The notes beneath the pieces are model-generated. The model searched no databases, was not told where the DNA came from, and was given only the letters and a program-made list of their open reading frames with translations. Below are positions 12,527-27,979 of a DNA stretch of 64,000 nt, piece by piece; position 1 is the stretch's first letter, and every line of letters starts with the position of its first letter. This DNA is from Eledone cirrhosa (taxonomy: Eukaryota), in the NCBI GenBank assembly GCA_964016885.1, contig OZ024746.1:68510001-68574000 (forward strand). The letters are read 5' to 3'. Made by a program: the position numbers and the translations under genes.

Positions 12527-12713
12527 TGTGCCCCATTTTTCCCTAATTGCAGCAATACAATATCTGGGGAAATAGATAAATAATGACATAGAAACATGAA
12601 TGGCATCTCAAACAACTTAAAGAGCACTTTATAACTATTGATTAAGAATATATACAATTTTATATAATAAAGATATATCTTTCTTTGGGATCAAAAAAGC
12701 CCCCTAAGTGCAG

Positions 12714-14939
<2,226 letters not shown>

Positions 14940-14940
<1 letters not shown>

Positions 14941-17900
14941 TCATCATCATCATCATCATCATCATTTTACGTCCGCTTTTCCCTGCTTGCAAGGGTGGGA
15001 CGGGTCTTATTCAGCACAGCATCTCTCCACTCGTCACGGTCCCTCGTCATCTCCACCGTGAGCTTCAATGATCTGAGGTCTGTTCTCACCACCTCCGCCC
15101 ATGTTTTTCGTGGTCTACCTCTACCACGTCTTCCTTCAACTGGCATTTCCTGGCACTTCTTCACCCATCGGTCATCCTCCATGCGCATCACATGTCCATA
15201 CCACCTCAGTCTCCTCTCCCGTACACTACATTCTATCCCTCTCAGACACAGTTTCTCTCTCAACACATTTATGCTGGGTCGTTCACGCACATTTACACTG
15301 CACATCCAACGGAGCATGCTTGCCTCATTTCTCTCCAGCCGTCGCATATCTTCTGCGGTAGCTGCCCATGTCTCACTACCATGCAGCATTGCGCTCCTCA
15401 CACAGGCATCATACAACCGGCCTTTCGTACGCAGGGAGAAACCCTTCTTCGTCAACAGAGGAAGCAGCTCCCTAAACTTCTTCCAACCCGTCCTTATTCT
15501 AGATACTATGGCCTCGGAACACCCTCCTCCCATGCTAATCTGATCTCCTAGGTACCGGAAGCTATCCACCACTTCTATAGCGCCCTCTCGCATTTGAAAA
15601 ATGTGTCTATCAGTGCGACTTCTACTGTCTAATTTCCCTGTACATCTACTGCATACATATTTCTCCCTACATGTTAGTTTGCCTGCTATCCCGCTACATC
15701 TCTTGTGTACCCAGGACCTACATTGTGTGCATTTTATAGAATTTATGCCAGTTCCTTTTCTGCATATCGAACATGGCCATTTCCCTGACGGAATCAGGGT
15801 TTTGTCCTCTTTTCTACTCATCAACACTTTTGTCTTAGCTAGATTTACTCTCAGTCCTCTTGCTTCCAACTGCTGTTTCCATAGCCGGAATTTATTCTCT
15901 AGCTCCTCTACTGATTCTGCCATAAGAGCCAGATCGTCAGCATAGAGAAGTTCCCATGGACAGCCAGTCTTAAACTCCTCTGTTATGGCTTGGAGGACTA
16001 TAATGAACAAGAGCGGGCTGAGGACCGAACTCTGATGTACTCCTACTTGTATCTGGAATTCCTCACTAAACTCCATTCCTACCCTGACTTTACTGAGAGT
16101 ACCTCTGTACAAAGTTTGCACTGTCCTTACAAGCCATTCCTCAACACCCAGCTTCCTTAGGGACCACCAGATGACAGATCGGGGTACCCTATCAAAGGCC
16201 TTCTCTAGGTCAACAAAGGCTAAGTATAGTGGCTTATTCTTCTCTAAGAACCTCTCTTGCATTTGTCTCACCAAGAAGAGGGCATCTGTTGTACTCTTCC
16301 CAGGCACAAAACCAAACTGCATCTCATCTAGTTTGACCCTTTCTCTAATTAGTTGTGCTAAAATCCTTTCTGCCACTTTCATAACCTGATCTATCAGTTT
16401 TATACCCCTATAATTGCTCCTCTCCAAAGCATCCCCTTTACCTTTGTAGCAATTTATGAGAATACTGCTGCACCAGTCTTTGGGTATGACACCACCATAT
16501 ATAGCCTGATTGATTATGCGTGCAACCAGTTTAGTGCCTACGTCCCCTGATGCCTTCAGCATCTCAGCAACTATTCCCGATGGTCCGGCCGCCTTACCAT
16601 TTTTCATTTCCCTAATCGCCTCTTGGACCCTATATTCGTCAATCTCAATAGCTGGTCCCTCTGTCGGATCTACCAAGGGTAATTTCTCTCTCTCCCATTC
16701 GTTCTCCACATTCATCAGTCTCTCATAATGACATTTCCAGGCCTCCTTTTTCTGGTCATTCGTGACACTAAGTACACCGGCATCATCCCGGACACATTTA
16801 TCACCAACAACATCCTGATTTGCATTGACACACTGCCTTGCAATGTGGAACACCGCACGCCTCTGATCTTCCCGTCGCAGAACATTGGCAAACCTCCTAC
16901 TCTCTGCCTCCCTGCGTGCTAAGTACACCTGACGTCTAGCTTCTCTCTTAGTGGCTGTATATTCTTCCCTACTCCCACCCTTATTCCAAGCCTTCCATGC
17001 TAGTCTTTTGTCTCTAATAGCCTTATCTACACTGCTGTTCCACCACCAGGTCACTCTCTGTCTGGTTGGAGCTCTGCTCCAGCCACAGGTTTCATCAGTA
17101 GCCTTCAGCAAGTTGTCACGTAAGAACTTCCAGTTATTATCTATGTCATACGTCTCTAAATCGTCTTCTTTTTCGTCATATACATCTTGAAGGGCTTTCC
17201 TAAATTTGAATTTTAGTGAAAGGTCTTTTAGCTTCCAGACCTTTCTTCTCCACACCTTCCTATATGTCTCATTCCATCTCTTGCTTACTGAGATATCACT
17301 AACAACTAACCTATGCTGTGGGGTACATTCTTCCCCAGGGTATGCCTTGGTATTAGACACTATCTGCCTGTCCCGCTGCCTAACTAGCAGGAAGTCAATC
17401 TGGCTTATGTGCTCACCAGATTTGTAGGTTATTAGGTGATTGGCAGGTTTCTGGAAGTTTGTGTTGCAAATAGTCAATGTACTTGCATCACAAAATTCAA
17501 GAAGTCTCACTCCTTCTTCATTTCTTGAACCGTAACCGTGCCCACCATGTACCCCAGTGTAACCATCCTGGAGCTGTCCAACATGACCATTGAAGTCTCC
17601 TGCTAGCATAACGATGTCTCCGTCCTCTGTCATTGTGGTTGTTTGCAAAAGTTGCTCATAAAAGCAGTCTTTCTCATCTTTGCCTAGGCCTGCTTGGGGA
17701 GCATAGACCGAGATGATTGTCAGTAGTCTCCTACCTACAACTAATCTAAGCTTAATTATTCGATTACTAACTCGAACTACCTCTATTGTCTTATTGATCC
17801 ATTTCTCAGCCAGGAAAATGCCTACTCCCCCTAACCCATCATCCTTACCTACCCAGAATAGCTTATAGCTAAGACGCTTGCCTACGACTAGTCTCGCAGA

Positions 17901-18226
17901 GGCACCCCTCCATCTCACCTCTTGCACGCAGCACACATCCACCTGCCTTCTCTCCAGCATCTCCGCTATTTCAGCAGACCTACCTCTGAGAGTGCCAACA
18001 TTAAGTGTTGCAACTCTGAGATGCGACGTCTTCATATTTTTCTATGCTGTTTTGTTGCTGTGCTGATAAGCTTTTTGGCATTGATACACTGGTTGGATGC
18101 CCTTCCTAACACCAGCGCCACTTTACAGCATGGACTGGGTGCTTTTATTTGTGCCACCAGCACTAGAGAGGATGTCTTACTAGACTCAAGGGCCCTCTCT
18201 ACCCCTCCATTTTACAGCATGGTCAT
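14940..18226 (-). mobile_element. Apparently full-length RTE-clade non-LTR retrotransposon
   Basis: ~190-nt 5' UTR with the GGAAGGGCATCC motif, a single 1022-aa ORF, and a (GAT)n tail directly after the stop codon; embedded in (TA)n. Confidence 0.95.
14967..18035 (-). CDS. RTE LINE ORF: APE endonuclease + reverse transcriptase with an inserted PHD-like C4HC3 finger
   Basis: APE motifs [31 protein letters not shown]; RT motifs [44 protein letters not shown]; RTE C-terminal [10 protein letters not shown] and GRPRKTW. Confidence 0.96.
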   Translation of the reverse strand: MKTSHLRVATLNVGTLRGRSAEIAEMLERRQVDVCCVQEVRWRGASARLVVGKRLSYKLFWVGKDDGLGGVGIFLAEKWINKTIEVVRVSNRIIKLRLVVGRRLLTIISVYAPQAGLGKDEKDCFYEQLLQTTTMTEDGDIVMLAGDFNGHVGQLQDGYTGVHGGHGYGSRNEEGVRLLEFCDASTLTICNTNFQKPANHLITYKSGEHISQIDFLLVRQRDRQIVSNTKAYPGEECTPQHRLVVSDISVSKRWNETYRKVWRRKVWKLKDLSLKFKFRKALQDVYDEKEDDLETYDIDNNWKFLRDNLLKATDETCGWSRAPTRQRVTWWWNSSVDKAIRDKRLAWKAWNKGGSREEYTATKREARRQVYLARREAESRRFANVLRREDQRRAVFHIARQCVNANQDVVGDKCVRDDAGVLSVTNDQKKEAWKCHYERLMNVENEWEREKLPLVDPTEGPAIEIDEYRVQEAIREMKNGKAAGPSGIVAEMLKASGDVGTKLVARIINQAIYGGVIPKDWCSSILINCYKGKGDALERSNYRGIKLIDQVMKVAERILAQLIRERVKLDEMQFGFVPGKSTTDALFLVRQMQERFLEKNKPLYLAFVDLEKAFDRVPRSVIWWSLRKLGVEEWLVRTVQTLYRGTLSKVRVGMEFSEEFQIQVGVHQSSVLSPLLFIIVLQAITEEFKTGCPWELLYADDLALMAESVEELENKFRLWKQQLEARGLRVNLAKTKVLMSRKEDKTLIPSGKWPCSICRKGTGINSIKCTQCRSWVHKRCSGIAGKLTCREKYVCSRCTGKLDSRSRTDRHIFQMREGAIEVVDSFRYLGDQISMGGGCSEAIVSRIRTGWKKFRELLPLLTKKGFSLRTKGRLYDACVRSAMLHGSETWAATAEDMRRLERNEASMLRWMCSVNVRERPSINVLREKLCLRGIECSVRERRLRWYGHVMRMEDDRWVKKCQEMPVEGRRGRGRPRKTWAEVVRTDLRSLKLTVEMTRDRDEWRDAVLNKTRPTLASREKRT

Positions 18227-18227
18227 T

Positions 18228-18757
<530 letters not shown>

Positions 18758-19440
18758 TAATGTCATTTGCACTGTAAATAAGGTTATGATGATGTTTGTA
18801 AATCATTCAATGTAGAACCAAGAGAATTCCTCAAAAGTATTTCTCAAGTGATTTTACCAATCTAATATTGATTACTACTACTACTTCTCAACAACATTGA
18901 ACTGATAGTGAATTGATTAAAACTTTTTTCTCCCATAGACACTGTAACTGTTGAAGTGGTCAACCTTTCATAAGATCCTCATCAAATAGCTGTTGAGTTT
19001 ATAAACAGATACTATATATAATAGATTCATAGGTGAAGTTCATAATTACTTGCAATACAAAGAAATTACACTGACATTATGACCGTACTAGATATCTTCG
19101 AGGAAAAGTACAAGAAAGAACTTTGATTTTCTTATGAATTGAAAGAACTATAGAACAATGTTTTCCTTCACAAAAATTTTCATTTTTAAATTTTCAACAA
19201 GTAATTCACATCATGTTTAAGTATACTTATGTAAGTACTTTACAATATATATTGGTATCTGTATAGTGGCTTCTTTCATTTATTATTCCAAAGATGTAGA
19301 GTTATATCACTGATCAAACAAACTTGTTGGAAATTATTGGATATAAGTATAACTAAATTAACTTCATTCTTTTCAATTAAATTAAATAATTACTCAAAAA
19401 TTGTTTAGATGGAAACACTAAAGCCCAATTTCATCATAGA

Positions 19441-20432
19441 AATAATAATAATGAAATTATTGTGTACAGTGCTCAGGTGCACTACAACTCATCAAACGTG
19501 CATGTATAGTACATAGAATAATGTACAAATGTCAGGAAAATGAACAGTGTACGAGTCATGATATAATAACAATAACAATAATGAAATATTGTGTACAGTG
19601 CCCAGGTGCACCACAACTCATCAAAAAAGTGCATGTACAGTACATAGGGCAATGCACAAACATCAGTAAAATGAACAGTGCACGAGTCATGATACACACG
19701 TGTGCATGTGCATGGAAGGGGTACATCAGGTGTAGTTTTGGCTTATTTCGGGAAGCATGAGTGTCTTAAAGGATGCAGTGTCTCGGCAGCTAACAATTGA
19801 CGCAGGCAGTTTGTTCCATGCTTCAGCAACTCTGAGCGTGAAAAAATCTCTACGAAAGTCATGGGAGCTGTGCTGTTTTCTGATCTTGTAGGCATGTCCA
19901 CGTGTGTTAGACACATGGAGATCAAAGAGGCGCTCAGGGCTGCAATTGGCGAGATGGTTAAAAACTTTGTGGGTATTCACCAAGTCCATTGCCAGACGTC
20001 GGAGCTTCAATGAATCCATGCTCAGGGAAGCAAGGCGTTCAGAGTATGGTAGGTGTCTGATGGAGGGTATGCGCTTGGTTGCACGTCTCTGAACAGTTTC
20101 CAGGAGGTCAATGTTCTGAGCAAGATAGGGGTTACAGACTGATGATGCGAATTCCAAGTGTGGTCGTACCATAGCTGTATACAGTTTTAAATAGATGGCT
20201 GGAGAGCGGCTAACAAAGGTCTTGCTGAGTGATGCCAAGACACCCTCGGCCTTCTTGACAATCTTAGAGACATGCTTTTTCCAATGCAAATCGTTGCTGA
20301 CAGTAATGCCCAGGTCACGTTCACAAGAGGACTTTTTGATATCAGTGTTGTGGAGGGAGTATGTGGACGCTGGATTTTTCCTTCCAAAATGCATGGTGGT
20401 ACACTTGTCCACAGCCAGCTTCAGTTGCCAGT
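19441..20432 (-). mobile_element. CR1-clade LINE 3' fragment with a second short 3' tail copy stacked on its end
   Basis: ORF 19726-20412 has KC..MHFG, ERDLG, YTAMVRPHLEFAS, LETVQRRATK, Y.ERL, TRGH and WNKLP motifs; (ATT)n tail. The tail occurs twice (19441-19563 and ~19565-19700). Confidence 0.9.
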
Positions 20433-21714
20433 TATATCATTCAATTATTTTTCCATTAAAAAAATTAGAATGGGAAAATAATTGAATGATATGTTGTACA
20501 GGCAAAAACCAATAGACAGGAGACCCAGACGTAGACCATGTGCAAGATGGTTGAATATCATCCATGAGTTCAGCTGGTCTTGCTTGAGGATCTAGCTGGA
20601 TCAGTTGGGAACGATTGCTTCTAACAGGGCCCACTGGAAGGAGTACTTGAAGATTTTTGCCTCCACTACCCTCCCAGGAATAAGTGAGTGAAGAAAAGAA
20701 GAATTATTTGTTCATATAACCTATACAAAAGCTGGATCTTTTGAATAACTTTATCAAGATCTCATCTTGAATACAAGTCTTAAATATGACATTTAAAATT
20801 TACTCTAAAATGTTACTCTAAAATTTAAGTTACATCATTGAAGAGAAACAATTTGAGAAATACAAACACATACACATACGCACATGAATATATACTGTCC
20901 TTTAAAATTTGACATTTTATGACAGACAATTCTTTTTTATACACACTATATTACAGAGGTAATGAATTGGCAGAGTTGTTAGAATGCAGTATTCATTGTG
21001 GCTCTCTGCTCATTCAGTTCAAATCCCATTGAGACTAACTTTGCGTTTCACCTTTTCTAGGTTAATAAAAAAAAAAGTACCTCTCTATTACGAGGGTTGA
21101 TTATTTTTCTAAATTTCTTTCTCACTCTTCTCTAACCTTCTCTGAAAGAAATCTGCTGTACTCAGGCTTGGAGAGAGGATGGGTTCTGCTAGGTTTTAAA
21201 ATGCCCTAAGAAACATTGTATGTCAATATGGCACCCTACAACTTCCCAATGAGTTACAGGTCCATACTATATTACAGTGATAATCATATGACACATACTA
21301 TAACAAAATTCCTAATCTCATATACATACATACATTTCATACAAACCTGTTACATGCAAAACCTTTTGAAGCAAATGAACATCTTTTTAACACTAAATGG
21401 TGCATTGTATCAGAGAGAAAGTCACATTGGCTAACAAGTAACTACTTTTCCATTGATAATACACAATATAAAGAATAAATCTCAGCTAACCAAGAGAGCG
21501 AGAGAGAGAGGGGAGAGAGTGAGAGAAAGAGGCAGAGAGAAAGAGAGAGATGGCTCCTTCTCCACATTCTTGCTTACTTCTCATCCCTTATCACTCTCAC
21601 TCCCAATTTATTATGATGTGCCTTAAGATTGGATAACAAATATTTGTACAAAATTAAAATCATAGCAAAGTCCATGAAACATAAGTAGCATTTGTATAAA
21701 TTATATATATATAT

Positions 21715-21745
<31 letters not shown>

Positions 21746-23204
21746 ACGTGTGTATGTCTGTGGTTTAGCAGTTAATGGCTGCCACAGTTATCTAAATTTC
21801 CTTGGACCTGGAGCCATATGCTGTCTAGTCTTCCAATTGAGGATAGCAAGTGAGGTCTTTACCACATTCAGTCCACAGGGTGGTTTATTATTGGTCTTTG
21901 GCAAACTGATGTACTATTAGATATGCCAAGTCACATGACAGAAATCAAAAAGTACTGCAACAAATTTGAGAGGCCTTGTTGAATGCAAGTAAGACCACTC
22001 TGTTGAGGGTAACTTAACATTAGTAAGGGAAGTTACTCCTTGTTTCTTCCTAATGTTACCTCCCATGGTATCATTTTTCATGCTGATATTTTCTAGTTCA
22101 CTTGATTGGTATCGATCTAGGATGGGTGCTCTATTGCCACAATAAAATGTCATTTTGCATTTCATGTTGAGAAATCATCATCATCATCATCATCATAATT
22201 CGACTCCTCTTTGGGCAGTTGGAACTTTCCTGACAATCCCTTTCCACAGTGTTCGGTCCTGCATTACTGTCTCCAGATCCCTTATGTCCAACCCTGAGTC
22301 CTGAGGTATGGTGTCTGGGAAAGTCAGTTTTCGTGAATATACGCATAGAGAGGGATGCCACAGGAGAGATGAAATGATTTCTTTGTTGGCTCGATGACAG
22401 TGACCAGCAAAGTGTAGTCTTATTTGCTTGAGTCTGAGGGATATTGAGAAATACTATAACCACTTTAGGATATACAGTTTTTCAAACAGGCACACATTCA
22501 AATTTTACATTCACACACAAACACACAGCGTCACACATGGTGTATATAGAAACAAATACATCACAAACTAATAGACACACAAAAAATTTCAAAAGAACAA
22601 ACACATACACACACTACTGACTCAAATATGCAACCAGGTTCCACATACACTCTCAACAGTACCTCTTCCTAATTAAGGACTTTAGTCTGAAATGTTAAAA
22701 GCATTTCTATTCTATTCTTTTCAAATGTTAAACTAACACCCTTGTTATCATAATTTTGTTGTCCTTGTGTTCCTTATTTACTTCAGAGAGAGGTGGTTAT
22801 ATTAACAACAGTTTAATGACTGCTATAAGTTATTCACTGTATATTTGTATCTTTCTCTTTGTGATTTACCCATGTTCTGACGACTCCAATGTTCATTCAG
22901 GTATAGATTATGTTCTGTTTTGTTATTATTTCTATTTTGTTTATAGTTTTTGTTCTCTTAATGTTATATGTTCCTTCATCTTTATCCTGGTTTATGTTAA
23001 ATTTAGCAGTATATATTCCATTATAATCAAACACAGTCCTGTCTAGAACTATGTGAAACTGTAATATTTGATGGGGGATAGCTGATGAACAGTATTTCCA
23101 TGTTGTTTACAGGGTTTTTATTTTGTTTGTTTATTGTAACCTTGAGTTACCACTGTTTTTGTCTCTCTACACACCCACCCTAACTTCCAAACTCCTGACT
23201 CTCA

Positions 23205-23561
23205 TCCCCTGTCCAGCCCATGCAGGCATACATGGAAAACTGGATATGCTCCATGCCTTCTCTCCCACAGTGTTAGTACAACAACAAAAACTATGCAGTC
23301 CACCTTGTAATGTGGCTGTGCAGGTACTACGATGACACAGCACAGTCTACCCTGTAAAATAGTAGTGATCCTACTACAAAAAAGCACCCTGTAAACTCTG
23401 TAAAGTGGTTGGTACTAGGAAGGACATCCAGTCATAGAAACCAAATAAAAAAACAAATCTCTATCAGCAAGATGTACTCACCTGACCTGGCTACCCTCAT
23501 AAAGTGACAACCTCTCTAATCCACGCAAGCATGGAAAATAGACATTAAATGATGATGATGA
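23205..23561 (+). mobile_element. Old RTE 3' end with tail-module-tail organisation
   Basis: Tail-like GTCCAGCCCATGCAGGCATACATGGAAAA, then degenerate 48-bp-like units, AGGAAGGACATCCAG, a second tail and (GAT)n. Confidence 0.6.
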
Positions 23562-23856
23562 CAATATATATATAAAAAAGTCTAAAGTCTGTCTTAAGCC
23601 AGAAGGCTCATTTGACTGGTGCTTATCCCGGTTTCATGGCATGAAGCGACAGAGTAAAAGATATATATATACATGTTTAGGTAACTGTAGGATTAAACTT
23701 CTTAGGTCATTGCTTCATCAGATGAATTAAAACATCAACAGTTAGAAACAACTCTACTACATAAGAAAAATTACTCTATATCATTTTCAACACTGCCGCA
23801 AACAAAATAGTGGAACATGCCTGTATTAACTACAATCCAAATAACCAATATATGTG

Positions 23857-23896
<40 letters not shown>

Positions 23897-23995
23897 TCCA
23901 AAACGTTAAGACCCTCTTCCTGCTATATCAAACATTAACCTAATATATTCCTTCCATATATTGTACTGATCGTGTTACTATTTCTGTTTAACTTT

Positions 23996-24031
<36 letters not shown>

Positions 24032-24185
24032 CCGTATTTCCCGCCCTCAGGGACATACCCTAATTTTGAACAACCAAAAATTTGAAAAAAAAAATAATAA
24101 ATAACCTTTGGCTTCCAGGACGCATGGTAGATTTTTTAGACTTATTTTAGGAAAAAAGTAGTGTCTTCAACGCCAGGAAATACAG
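24032..24185. mobile_element. Tc1/mariner-type MITE
   Basis: TA-CCGTATTTCC ... GGAAATACAG-TA terminal inverted repeats with TA flanks. Confidence 0.65.
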
Positions 24186-24629
24186 TATCTAAACTATAAT
24201 AAAGGAAGGTCTGCGGGACTGCGTACGGTTTATTTTTTTAAATCCAGTTTACCGCTGCATCCAGAATGTGGGAAGAAGCAAAAGAGTCATTAACTGTGAC
24301 GTCCCAGGTAAGGTACCTGCCTCTTGACCAGGAGCACAGAGTAAGACCGTCAAGTCTTTTCCCATCAATTCAGGACAACCCAGACGGTTCCAAAATTGAG
24401 GGGATGTTTGCCCAGGCCAAAGCTCTTGAGTGGTAATAGGACAGTGTGTGTATGTGCGCGCACGTGAATTTGTCAGCGTTCTTAAATTAGAGACACGTGT
24501 GTGTGTCACTGTTTTTAAGTTAGACATATATATGTGTGTATCCTTTTCCTTCCTTTTACACACACATACAGTCACACAAACACACATACACATTGCGTGA
24601 TGGACGGGTGGACAGAAGTCCCTCAAATT

Positions 24630-25045
24630 TATATACATGTGAATGGAGTTCTACTGAAGCAGTTAGAGAAGTTCAAGTATCTTGGAGCCGTGTTCATGAG
24701 TGATGGAATGCAGGAGGCTGAATTAAGTGCAAGAATTGCAAAAGCTGATGCAGTAATGCACCAGCCTCAGCTTTCAGCTGAAGGTGGGTAGGTGTAAAAG
24801 CCAAACTTGCTGTTTTCCTGGTATTTCTGCCAACCCTTACCAAGGATCATGAATCTTGAGTAATGACCGAATACAATTGCAAATAAAAGTGGCAGAAATG
24901 GGATTTCTCCGAAGGGTCTTTGGAGTAACGTTACTCGATAAACCATAGAGTCACTCCTGGTAGAGCCGCTACTTCTCCAAATTGAGAGATCACAACTCCG
25001 ATATTATGAGCATGTGGTTAGAATTTCTCAGTAAAGAATGTCTGG
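24630..25045 (+). mobile_element. Degenerate RTE-like LINE C-terminal fragment
   Basis: Translates to VNGVLLKQLEKFKYLGAVF...ARIAKA with downstream remnants. Confidence 0.65.
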
Positions 25046-25051
25046 ACACAT

Positions 25052-25420
25052 AATAATTATTTTGGGTAAAGTGGTGGGTAAAATGATTATTGTGGGTAAA
25101 ATAATTATTGTGGGTAAAATAGTAGATAAAATATTTATTGTGGGTAAAATGGTAGGTAAAATGATTATTGTTGGTAAAAAGGTGGATAAAATGATTATTG
25201 TGTGTAAAGTGGCGGGTAAAATGATTAATGTGGGTAAAAGTGATGGGTAAAATGATTATTGTGGGGGAAATTGTGGGAAATATGATTATTGTAGGTAAAA
25301 TGATTATTGTCAGTAAAAAACGGATCCCCCCCCCCCAAATAAAAAACGGACCCCCAAATAAAAAAACGGATCCTCCCAAACAAAAAACGGATCCTCCCAA
25401 ACAAAAAACGGACCCCCCTT
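25052..25420. repeat. ~30-bp tandem repeat (GGTAAAATGATTATTGTGGGTAAA..) followed by ~20-bp AAAAAACGGATCCYCCC repeats
   Basis: Directly visible tandem units; probably the interior of a non-autonomous element. Confidence 0.85.
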
Positions 25421-25807
25421 TCCGAGGTCAACCACAAGACAATGAGGTTACGTAAAGTGATATGTGTTTCTTTCACAAGAAATTTGAAGCAAAAGATACC
25501 AAGTAACCATGTAACTTCAATAGCGCTTCATCATTGACTCCGGGAGAAACTCTAGCACCAACCACCAATAAACACTCCATTCTGCATATACAAGGCTTCT
25601 CAGTTCAGTTAGCAGGGTGCTCGATTTTCTCCAAAATCTACCTCAACCAAAGTTATCATCAATTACCTGTACTAGATGATAATATGTAAATACAATTTAA
25701 TACAAAAAGAAAAAAGAAAATTTAGATTGAGAAGAAAGAATGGAATGTAAAATAAGAAAATATTTAAAAAAACGGAAAAAGAAAGATATGGCAAGAGCTC
25801 TAGTGTA

Positions 25808-26151
25808 TCATCATCATCATCATTTCATTTTACGTCTGCTTTTTCCCTGCTTGCAAGGGTGGGACGGGAACTGATTCTGGCTTGATTTCTACAGCTGGAT
25901 GCCCTTCCTAACACCAACCTCATTTACAGTGAGTGCTGGGTGCTTTTTTGCCGTGGCACCTCCACGACCACTTTGCAGTGGAATGATAGGGACTGGGGTC
26001 CCTATCATCTCATTTCTACAGCTGAGTAAACTGGAGCAATGTGAAATAAAGTGTCTTGCTCAAGGAAACAACACATCACCCGGTCTGAGAAGTGAACTCA
26101 CAACCTTTCGATTGCAAGGCCAATGCTCTAACCACTAAGCCATGTGCCTCC
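25808..26151 (-). mobile_element. Composite SINE: tRNA head + core + RTE 5'UTR-derived module + RTE 3' tail
   Basis: Head GGAGGCACATGGCTTAGTGGTTAGAGC...; 3' end CCCGTCCCACCCTTGCAAGCAGGGAAAAAGCAGACGTAAAATG nearly identical to the tail of the full-length RTE. Near-identical second copy at 45900-46249. Confidence 0.88.
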
Positions 26152-26415
26152 ATTAGCCATGTGCCTCCATTTATATAATATGTATATATATTCTTTAATT
26201 TTGCTAAGTGAAGAGTCTTGTTACTTTGGAGTTTTACCTGTGTACACACAGAATCATCACACAAGACCCATAAAATAATTAAACTCTCTTCTGTATTGAT
26301 TTATAATTAATTTTTCTATGACAAGAGCTCAAAGTGAAAACCTACACTTTTGAATCTACAGTGTTGAGTGTTCAATCTCGCGTCCATCAATACCACATGG
26401 ATCTATATATCAGTG

Positions 26416-26456
<41 letters not shown>

Positions 26457-27979
26457 ACGTTTGTGTGTGTGTGTGTATATATATAATATATATGTGTGTG
26501 TGTGTTTATCTATATATATATATGTGTATGTATATATACATATATGTGGATGTGTGTGTATGTATGTGTATATATATGTGTGTGTGTGTTTATATATATA
26601 TATGTGTATATGTGTATGTGTATATGTGTATGTGTATATATGTGTGTGTGTGTTTATATATATATATGTGTATATGTGTATGTGTATATGTGTATGTGTA
26701 TATATGTGTGTGTGTGTTTATGGTTTTCTGTCAGCAAATGAAGAGACATGGAACTGAAATTTATTGATTAAATGTCTTTTCATTTGTCTTGAACTTTGGC
26801 TTGATTCTTGAATAAGAAATAAATAAATCTATCAAGTGTATGTGAGTGAGTTTGTTCTTTTTTATTTCATTAAAGATATTTGATTAATGCAGAATACCTC
26901 TTATTTGAGGAAAAACCAAATTAGACCTATATTAGATGACAGAGATCAATTAAACGTGGAACTACTGACAATTTTCAATGAGTTAGTATCAACAGAAAAT
27001 GTACTTAGATGACATATTTCATTATTATTGCACTAGAACAAACCTGTATTTACTTTATTGCATATTATAGAACCCTATGACTGACTCTCCTGTAATCTTG
27101 GTATCACTCTCAAGTAATAATCTGTTGACAGAAATTATAGAAATCAAACCATCTTCACATTCAGATAGAATGTCTCGTAACAGCAGTTGCTCGGAACTTT
27201 TACATTTATCACGGTGGAGCTAATAATTGTTTCTACTTTTGGCCAGCAATTATCCTAGTGTACTTTATTTTATCGACCCCGTAAAGATGAAAGGCAAAGT
27301 CAACCTCAGCGGGAGAAGGGTAGACTGTTGCTTCTGTGGCTGTTGTTGCGTTTAGCTTGCTGATTGGATCAAATAACTCAACCAACCAGTAACTGCACTC
27401 TAATAAGTCAGCTGATACAATGGGGGAAAAAAATCAAATAATGAATGTTAAACTAATTTAGAGAAAAATAGATTAATCAATAGGTCAGCTAATTATAGAT
27501 GTAAAAGCAATTTATGATTGAGTTTCTAGTTACATGAGAAGCAGAGATAAGAGATATACAACTGTTGAGAAAATACAAATTTTCATAGTTGGAAGAAAGA
27601 AACTACAAAAAATGTGACAGCAAAAATGAATATATAGATAAGAACAACTTAATTTTTAAAAGTTTCACAAATATAGGTTTTCACTTTAAGCTTTTGTCAG
27701 AAAAATTAATTAAAAATCGATACAAAAGAGAGTGTAGTTGTTTTGTTTTCAGAATAAAATTGGTAAACAATATTTAAGGGTGGTGGGTGTTAAAGAGATG
27801 AATATCATAAAATTGAATTGGATGTGTTTTCTAAATCTAGTTATTTTAATTATACTGCATCGAGTATTGATTTTGTTGAAAGAAACTCCTTCCAAATATA
27901 TGTCAAGATAAGTCAGTCTACATAAGTCTGTGTTTGCTATCTTTTAGTAAAGAATACTCAATCGTCTTTTTCATCATTA

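Noticed and set aside
14995-17427. Plus-strand ORFs overlapping the RTE
   Set aside because: Antisense shadows of the real minus-strand ORF, with no motifs.
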